Below are positions 57,170-64,000 of a stretch of DNA of 64,000 nucleotides, in pieces. The translations under genes were made by a program, and so were the position numbers. Numbering within the stretch: the stretch's first letter is position 1; each line of letters opens with the position of its first letter. This DNA is from Alphaproteobacteria bacterium (lineage in GTDB: Bacteria > Pseudomonadota > Alphaproteobacteria > MPNO01 > UBA830), in the NCBI GenBank assembly GCA_964291215.2, contig OZ219791.1:2496001-2560000 (forward strand). Reading direction: 5' to 3'. The notes below the pieces were generated by a model. That model was not told the origin of the DNA. It ran no database searches and was given only the letters and a program-made list of their open reading frames with translations.

Positions 57170-60100
57170 GGATTTGTTGCGGAAGATATCCAAAGCGCTT
57201 GCTGCGCTGGCCGGCGAGTCGCCGCTGCGCGAAGGCGCAAAGGGAGTGTTGAACGCGCTCGGCTACGAAAGCGCACGGACGGCAGAGGCGGGAAGCGTCG
57301 AAGAATTTCTGGACCGCTTCAAGCCCGAAAAGCCGCTGACCGACAAGCAACGCCGCCTGTTCGACGACTGGCGCAATGTCGAAATCGTGTTCCAGGTCAC
57401 CGGCGACGAGATCGAACTCCGGCCGGACCAAACCGGTCTGTTCAACGGTCCCGGTTTCGACCGAGGACGCACCAAGTCTTTCCTGTTCCTCTCTGTGGAT
57501 ATGCAGTCGGCCGACTATCCCCGCACCCATCTGGCGCAGACAACGCGCGCCATCAATCGGCTCTTCAGGATGCCGGTCATCGTCCTGTTCCGACACGGCT
57601 CGGCCCTGACGCTGGCCGCCGTCCACCGGCGCGCCCGCAAGCGGGACGATAATCGGGACGTGCTGGAGAAGGTGACGCTGGTCAAGGATATCCGCCTTCA
57701 GGACCCACACAGGGCGCATGTCGAGATTCTGGCCGATCTGAGCCTGAAAAGCATGATCGGGGCAGGCGTCCGCAGCTTCGACGGTCTGCATGAAAAATGG
57801 GAACATACACTCGACATCGAGGCGTTGAACAAGCGCTTCTACAAGGAACTGTTCCAGTGGTTCGAGCGGGCGGTGGAGGAGTGCAGCTTCCCGGACGACG
57901 GCGCTGGGAAAGACAGCGACCAGCGCCATGTCATCCGGTTGATCACGCGGCTCCTGTTCATCTGGTTCCTGAAGGAGAAGGGGTTGGTCCCGGAGGACTT
58001 GTTCGAGGAACGATTCGCGCGCGAACGACTCAAGGATTATGAGCCCGAGAGCACCGGCTATTACCGGGCCGTGCTCCAGAACCTGTTCTTTGCGACGCTG
58101 AACACCGAGATCGACAGGCGCGCCTTCAGCACTCGGACACCGGAGTCTCGCCGCGATTTCAATAGATACCGCTACCGGGACCTGCTCACGGACCCGGAGG
58201 GTTTTGTCGAAAAGTTGAGACAGGTTCCGTTCGTAAATGGAGGACTGTTCGACTGCCTGGACGACTTCGCGGCGGCAGGCGAGAGTGGGCGGCGCATTGA
58301 TGCCTTCTCCGACTCCGACGATATCGACACCCAAGCCGGCCGGGACCTGCATGTGCCTGCGTGGTTGCTGCTCGGCGAGTCGGACGGCCTGTTCGCCCTG
58401 TTCCGCCATTACAAATTCACGATCGAGGAGAATACGCCGCTCGACACCGAGGTTGCGCTGGACCCGGAACTGCTCGGCCGCGCGTTCGAGAACCTGCTGG
58501 CCGCCTACAACCCGGAGACGCGCGAGACGGCGCGTAATGCCACCGGTTCCTATTACACGCCGCGCCAGGTGGTGGACTACATGGTCCGCGAGGCGCTCAC
58601 CGAGGCGCTGATCTCAAAATCGGAGCCGGCCGACGGCGATACCGACTTCTGGCGCGAGCGTATCGACTATCTGCTGGATCATTCGGCCGCGATGGACGAT
58701 GCGCAGAAACTCTTCTCTGATCCCGAGAAGAGGGCGCTTGTCGACGCCATTGCGGGACTCACGACGCTCGATCCCGCAGTCGGATCCGGCGCCTTCCCGA
58801 TGGGTATCTTGCAAACGCTTACCCTGGCGCTGCGCCGCCTCGACCCGGGGAACGCCCTTTGGGAGACGTTTCAGAGAGAGCGGGCGGCGGCGCGAGCCGA
58901 ACAAGCGTTCGACACCGAGGATCGGCGGCAGCGCGACAACGAACTGACCGAGATCAGCCCTACGTTCGACCGGTATCGGCAGACCGATTTCGGACGCAAG
59001 CTGTACCTGATCCAGAACGGCATATACGGCGTCGATATCCAACCCATCGCCTGCCAGATCGCCAAGCTGCGTTTCTTCCTCTCGCTCGCCATAGAGCAGA
59101 ACCGGAATCCGGCCGAACCAAATCTGGGCATCAAGCCGCTGCCCAATCTGGAAACCCGGTTCGTCGCGGCGGATACGTTGCGCCGGCTCGACCGGCCGGC
59201 GCAGGGGGAGCTCGGTCGCACCGAAAATGTAAGAAGGCTGGAGGCTGAACTGAAGGCCAATCGCGAGCGGTACTTCCATGTGGGCGACCGGCAGGCGAAG
59301 CGGAATTTACGGAAGCGGGACGCCAAACTGCGCCGACAACTGGCCTCGGACCTCCGGCAGGCCGGTTTCCAAGAGAGCGCCGCTGAAAACATAGCCCGGT
59401 GGGACCCTTACGACCAGAACGAGTACGCCGACTGGTTTGACCCGGAGTACATATTCGGCATTTCCAGCGGCTTTGACGTCGTAATCGGCAACCCGCCCTA
59501 CATCCAGTTGCAGAAGAATGGCGGGTTGTTGGGCAAGCGGTACGGGAACGCCGACTATGAAACCTTTGCGCGTACAGGGGATATCTACCAACTTTTCATC
59601 GAGTGCGGTTGCAGGCTTCTCAGTCCCGGTGCGGGCGCGCTGGCTTACATCACGTCCAACAGTTGGCTGAAGGCGGAATACGGACGGCGCCTTCGACAGT
59701 ACCTTGCCAACCGGCACACCCCGCTCATGCTGATCGAGATGGGAAAGGATGTGTTCGACAATGCGATCGTCGATACGGCGGTTCTGATCGTCCGAAACGG
59801 CAAGGCCCGGTCTGTGACCTGTCGGGCGGTGGACATCGACCGGACATCGCACCGTCGATTCCCTCCCCCGCAAGGAGACTGGGGGACGTTGCAGCCGGAA
59901 GGCGAGCGGCCATGGATGGCGCTTTCATCCGTCGAACGCACCGTGATGGAGAAGATGGAAGCGGTCGGGACACCCCTGAAGGATTGGGATATCTCCATTT
60001 ACTATGGAATCAAAACCGGCTTCAACGACGCCTTCATCGTGGACCAGACCACACGGGACGCCCTCGTCGCGGCAGACCCCAGATCGGCGGAGCTTCTGAA

Positions 60101-60782
60101 GCCCATCCTCAGGGGCCGCGATATAGCGCGTTACCGTGCAAATTGGGCCGGGCTTTACCTGATATCAACATTTCCGTCTCTCAATCTAGACATCGATGCA
60201 TATCCAGCCATCAAGCGACATCTTTTGTCTTTTGGAAAAGAACGTCTTGTCCAGGATGGACGCCGTCTGCCGGGAGGAGGTCAATCTAGGAAGAAGACTT
60301 CCAACGCCTGGTACGAGATTCAGGATACTTGCGCTTACCATGAGGAATTTGGAAAAGCGAAACTGTTTTGGATGCACATGACCCCCTATGGGAGGTTCGT
60401 ACTGGCCGATCCAGATGTCGTATGCAATCAAAAGTGCTTCATGGTAACGAGTATGAACCTAGAATACCTATGTGCTGTCCTCAATAGCAAGCTGATTACC
60501 TGGCTTGTAAGACGCACTGCCGTAACAACTGGAATGGGACTTCCCCAGTGGGACAAATTCACCGTTGAACGCGTCCCAGTTGTGCAACCAGATCACCTTG
60601 TCATGGCTGAGATGAAGGTCATCGTGAAATCAATTCTTGCTGCCATAGAGAGCGACGATGTTCACGAAATATCCAAACTCCAGCAGAAACTCAACGATCA
60701 AGTCTTTGAACTTTATCAGCTCACGGAATTTGAGCGTGCGGCTATTTCGCGAGCCATTAATGACTTGTCGCCGACTCTATAA
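57162..60782 (+). CDS. Type IIG/Eco57I-like N6-adenine DNA methyltransferase with C-terminal specificity domain
   Basis: GSYYTPR, LDPAVGSGAF (motif I), VIGNPPY (motif IV), YGIKTG, PILRGRDI, LNSKL; 8-bp overlap with helicase. Confidence 0.92.
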   Translation: MAEDLLRKISKALAALAGESPLREGAKGVLNALGYESARTAEAGSVEEFLDRFKPEKPLTDKQRRLFDDWRNVEIVFQVTGDEIELRPDQTGLFNGPGFDRGRTKSFLFLSVDMQSADYPRTHLAQTTRAINRLFRMPVIVLFRHGSALTLAAVHRRARKRDDNRDVLEKVTLVKDIRLQDPHRAHVEILADLSLKSMIGAGVRSFDGLHEKWEHTLDIEALNKRFYKELFQWFERAVEECSFPDDGAGKDSDQRHVIRLITRLLFIWFLKEKGLVPEDLFEERFARERLKDYEPESTGYYRAVLQNLFFATLNTEIDRRAFSTRTPESRRDFNRYRYRDLLTDPEGFVEKLRQVPFVNGGLFDCLDDFAAAGESGRRIDAFSDSDDIDTQAGRDLHVPAWLLLGESDGLFALFRHYKFTIEENTPLDTEVALDPELLGRAFENLLAAYNPETRETARNATGSYYTPRQVVDYMVREALTEALISKSEPADGDTDFWRERIDYLLDHSAAMDDAQKLFSDPEKRALVDAIAGLTTLDPAVGSGAFPMGILQTLTLALRRLDPGNALWETFQRERAAARAEQAFDTEDRRQRDNELTEISPTFDRYRQTDFGRKLYLIQNGIYGVDIQPIACQIAKLRFFLSLAIEQNRNPAEPNLGIKPLPNLETRFVAADTLRRLDRPAQGELGRTENVRRLEAELKANRERYFHVGDRQAKRNLRKRDAKLRRQLASDLRQAGFQESAAENIARWDPYDQNEYADWFDPEYIFGISSGFDVVIGNPPYIQLQKNGGLLGKRYGNADYETFARTGDIYQLFIECGCRLLSPGAGALAYITSNSWLKAEYGRRLRQYLANRHTPLMLIEMGKDVFDNAIVDTAVLIVRNGKARSVTCRAVDIDRTSHRRFPPPQGDWGTLQPEGERPWMALSSVERTVMEKMEAVGTPLKDWDISIYYGIKTGFNDAFIVDQTTRDALVAADPRSAELLKPILRGRDIARYRANWAGLYLISTFPSLNLDIDAYPAIKRHLLSFGKERLVQDGRRLPGGGQSRKKTSNAWYEIQDTCAYHEEFGKAKLFWMHMTPYGRFVLADPDVVCNQKCFMVTSMNLEYLCAVLNSKLITWLVRRTAVTTGMGLPQWDKFTVERVPVVQPDHLVMAEMKVIVKSILAAIESDDVHEISKLQQKLNDQVFELYQLTEFERAAISRAINDLSPTL
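59961..60151 (+). repeat. 191-bp inverted repeat, left copy (inside MTase gene)
   Basis: Reverse complement of 61343-61533, no mismatch seen by eye; encodes AVGTPLKDWD...RYRANWAG. Confidence 0.95.
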
Positions 60783-61533
60783 CTTGTATCTCCTCTGCGG
60801 AGATTCCATAGATCTCATAGACTAACTCATCAATCTGCTTCTCGATTTTGTACGAATGGCTATCAACAGACGAAGTGGCAGAACGAGCTTCCTCGACCAA
60901 TTTACGCAGGCGTATCGCTGTAGACGGGCATGGCTTCGCTACAGGCACTGACTCCATGTATACTTTCTTCCACCGAGATACGCCCATACCCGAAGTGGGC
61001 GCAGTCTTCAGAATGTACCAGTGTGCGAGTCGTGAGTTAAGAATTGCACAGAGGTAGCTCATTTGCTTGCCGGTGATCATGAATGCCGTAGCTTCGATGA
61101 ACATTCTGCTATCGTCGTACGCGAATCTGCCTCGGTCGACCAGTTCTATCCAGATGACCTTCTCGGATGCAAATTCCTCATGGTAAGCGCAATTACGGAG
61201 ATTGTAAGGCGTGATGCCCTGATCTTGGCGATGCTCAAGATGCTCGATGAAACGGTCTAGATGGGCCTTGACCGCTGGATACTCATCAGCATTGATCGGG
61301 GGCACATCAGCATATCCGTTGTGCGTGTCGATCAACCAAAGGCCGGCCCAATTTGCACGGTAACGCGCTATATCGCGGCCCCTGAGGATGGGCTTCAGAA
61401 GCTCCGCCGATCTGGGGTCTGCCGCGACGAGGGCGTCCCGTGTGGTCTGGTCCACGATGAAGGCGTCGTTGAAGCCGGTTTTGATTCCATAGTAAATGGA
61501 GATATCCCAATCCTTCAGGGGTGTCCCGACCGC
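60757..61533 (-). other. Silent alternative C-terminal specificity cassette for the MTase
   Basis: Open frame starting with the repeat, then a different domain (LWLIDTHNGY...CAYHEEF...LNSRLAHWY...YEIYGIS); no MTase motifs, no convincing start. Confidence 0.88.
61343..61533 (-). repeat. 191-bp inverted repeat, right copy
   Basis: Partner of 59961-60151. Confidence 0.95.
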
Positions 61534-61535
61534 GA

Positions 61536-62498
61536 ATGAGTTATCTAGACAATGCATGGAATACGGGGGATACGTGCTGTGGGGATGTATTGCGGAAGGC
61601 AGCCAAGTCTGAAAATACGCGGGCCGCGTATGAGAAGGGCTGGCGGCGTTTCGCGTCTTGGTGCCAAAGCGTCGATGTGGTGCCCCAAGACGCCACCGCA
61701 GATGACGTGGTCAGGTTTCTCATTGCCATGGCGAGCGGAAGCGGGGGAGGCAGCCGCAAGCCACTCGCGCTGAATACTCTGAGGCTCTACCGCAGCGGGT
61801 TGAACGATTGGTGGTGCGGGAGGGAGATGCCGTCGCCCGCGTCGGCAAATGTCGTGGACGAGGTGCTGCAAGGCCTGGCAAGACTTCGTGGCGAGAAGCC
61901 GCGTCGGGTAAAGGCGCTTCGTGAGCATCATCTGCTTGCGATGTTGGAGTCGTGCGGGAATGGTTTGCACGGACGACGGGATGCGGCAGTCCTGTCCCTG
62001 GGCTTCGCCGCGGCGCTCCGGCGGTCGGAATTATGTCAATTGCGAATGGAGGACCTTGAGCGCAAAAGCGGCGAAGGAATGATGGTTCATTTGCGGCGCT
62101 CAAAAACCGACACCCGGGGTACAGGACAAAAGGTGGCGCTACTCAAGGGGAAGACGATCAAACCTGTCGCGCATGTAGAAGGCTGGCTTCAGGCTTCAGG
62201 CATAAAGAACGGGTTTGTCTTTCAGACGTTGTTGCGCGGCGGTGTCGCGTCAAGGCGCCCGCTCGACCCCGGCGATGTTGCTCGGATCGTAAAGCGACAT
62301 ACCCGAAGGATAGGTCTCGATCCCCGGGAGTATTCCGGGCACTCGCTGCGAGCCGGGTTCGTAACAAGTGCAGCGGTCCACCACGCAAGGATCGACAAGA
62401 TCATGGAGGTGACCCGCCACAGAAGTGCAGAAACGGTACTGAAATACATGCGCGACGAGGAGGCGTTTCTCGATCATGCGGGGGCATCGTTTCTTTGA
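61536..62498 (+). CDS. Tyrosine recombinase (Cre-like), candidate invertase
   Basis: NTRAAY, RDAAVL...ALRRSE, SKTD, GHSLRAG, TRH, LKY catalytic set intact; start uncertain. Confidence 0.9.
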   Translation: MSYLDNAWNTGDTCCGDVLRKAAKSENTRAAYEKGWRRFASWCQSVDVVPQDATADDVVRFLIAMASGSGGGSRKPLALNTLRLYRSGLNDWWCGREMPSPASANVVDEVLQGLARLRGEKPRRVKALREHHLLAMLESCGNGLHGRRDAAVLSLGFAAALRRSELCQLRMEDLERKSGEGMMVHLRRSKTDTRGTGQKVALLKGKTIKPVAHVEGWLQASGIKNGFVFQTLLRGGVASRRPLDPGDVARIVKRHTRRIGLDPREYSGHSLRAGFVTSAAVHHARIDKIMEVTRHRSAETVLKYMRDEEAFLDHAGASFL

Positions 62499-62670
62499 CG
62501 CTGCTTCTGGAAGTCCGTTGACTAGCCTTCTCCACAGCCACTCGAAGAGCATGAAGACTCGGCAGCGGCGGCTCGTCCGGCTCCGCCGCCAACTCGCCCC
62601 GCTTCCAGCGCCACGCCGCCGTTGCCGGGAATCTCTCCTGCCACCACCGGCGCCACCGCAGGGGGCAGAA

Positions 62671-63643
62671 GGTACTGTAACTTGATGTCTGGAAATTTGT
62701 CTGAGGTTTGCGCTTTGAGGCGTTTCACTGGGGGGGCTAGCCCCCCAGTGAAGCGCGGCGCCATCGTGCTATCCCATGGAGTTGTAAAACCTTCATGGAG
62801 GAAGCGAATGGACCTGCGACACACTACGACGATCGGGACTGTTTTGGAACATCTGATCGCAAACGGAGCAACGGATCTGGGGCGGGTCTTTGGCCAGCTC
62901 TTCGAGCTTGCGATGCAAATCGAGCGCGAGCAGTACTTGAAAGCGGGCCACCGGACACCGGAGCGACAGGGCTATGCCAACGGCTACAAGCGGATCGACA
63001 CCCCCGCTGTTACCGTTCAGGTGCCAAAGACGGCCGGTCACGGGGACGACCCCCCCCCCAGTCGCTTGAACGCGGCCAGCGATCTTCTCGCGCCGTAGCC
63101 GAGATGTACATCAAGGGTGTTTCCACGCGGCAGGATGTAATGCGCGAGTTCGGGAGCCTGTCCTCTTCTCAGGTCAGCCGGGCCACCAGGTTGCTCGATG
63201 AAGAACTCGCCGCGCAACCGGCCCCTGATGGAATACCTGGATGCGCGCTACGAAAAAGCCCGCCATGACGGCGTTGTGCGCGATGTTGCAGTGCTCTCGG
63301 CCATCGGAATAGGGGCGCTGACGAGCGCAGGCACGTTCTGGGGCTCTCTGTGGCGCTCTCCGAGGCCGAGGTCCGAGCCTTCCTGGAAAGCTTGCTAGCC
63401 CTGCATGGTACGACCTTCATCGTCTCGGATGACCATGCTGGGCTGAAAGCAGCACGACGCGCGGTGCTGGGCGCGGCGATGTGGCAGCGCTGCCAGTTCC
63501 ACCTGGCGCAAAACGCCGTGCAGCACGCACCGAACAACGACATTAGGAAACGTATTGGAAAACAGCTCGGAGCCACGCCTCCTCACTCCAAACCGCCGAG
63601 GCTGAACTGGCCGCCCTCGTGGCCAGCTATCGCGACAAGCACC
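62671..63643 (+). mobile_element. IS256-family element, second copy, degenerate and truncated
   Basis: Left end GGTACTGTAACTTGATGTCTGGAAAT; colinear with 50006-50657 plus 52861-53100. Confidence 0.9.
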
Positions 63644-64000
63644 TGTCGCTAACAAGCGATATGTCCGGTGGATGTAACATGCGATCTGTCCGGTTCAGAT
63701 GCTTCATAAATGAGGAAGCCGATGAATCGGACAAGAGTGTTACAGGAATTACGGATTATGAAGTTTGAAGAGTTGTATTCACGAAGGCAGGCGAAGCAGT
63801 TGAGCCAGGAGCAGGCCGCCGAGATTCTTGGTGTATCTGTGCGTTCGGTGCGTCGCTGGGAGGAGCGCTACGAGGCGGAAGGAGCCGAAGGTCTTTATGA
63901 CAAGCGCCTTGGCCGTCTGGCTGGCAACCGCGTTCCGGTCGATACGGTGACGGAGGTTCTTGAGTTGTTCGACACCCGCTACTGGGACTACACGGCCAAG
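63644..64000 (+). mobile_element. ISNCY/IS481-like element, 5' part (transposase from 63722, runs off window)
   Basis: TGT start; MNRTRVLQELRIMKFEE...QAAEILGVSVRSVRRWEERYEAEGAEGLYDKRLG HTH, frame open to window end. Confidence 0.8.

Noticed and set aside
59961-61533. Repeat pair as DGR template/variable repeats or an assembly duplication
   Set aside because: Copies are inverted with no adenine-specific mismatches, and each continues in frame into a different coherent domain.
1-64000. CRISPR array, rRNA or tRNA genes
   Set aside because: No regularly spaced short repeats or recognisable structural RNA seen by eye; a tRNAscan/Rfam run would be needed to exclude them fully.

Overview
GC-rich bacterial DNA, probably alphaproteobacterial (inferred from the dcd, pyrB/pyrC/plsY and ABC operon types). 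Intact host genes: aromatic catabolism (boxC, a tphA2-tphA3-tphB-like Rieske oxygenase cluster, three gentisate-dioxygenase-type cupins, maiA, RidA, MBL hydrolase), dcd, pyrB-pyrC-plsY, and an acyl-CoA ligase/Liv-type ABC/PaaK-like operon. These alternate with nests of mobile DNA: four copies of an IS66-family element carrying a DNA-methylase remnant, group II introns (one head-to-tail pair), and IS66, IS630, IS1634, IS110, ISAzo13, IS256, IS4, IS5 and ISNCY elements. Two things stand out. (1) Most mobile elements carry dense, short (mostly 6-7 bp), usually microhomology-flanked deletions while neighbouring host genes are intact; this is either a repeat-directed erosion process or an assembly artefact. 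(2) A PLD-SNF2 helicase plus N6-adenine methyltransferase locus has its C-terminal specificity domain on a segment bounded by 191-bp inverted repeats, with a silent alternative domain and an adjacent tyrosine recombinase. No rRNA, tRNA or CRISPR array was seen. All family calls are from motif recognition, not database searches.
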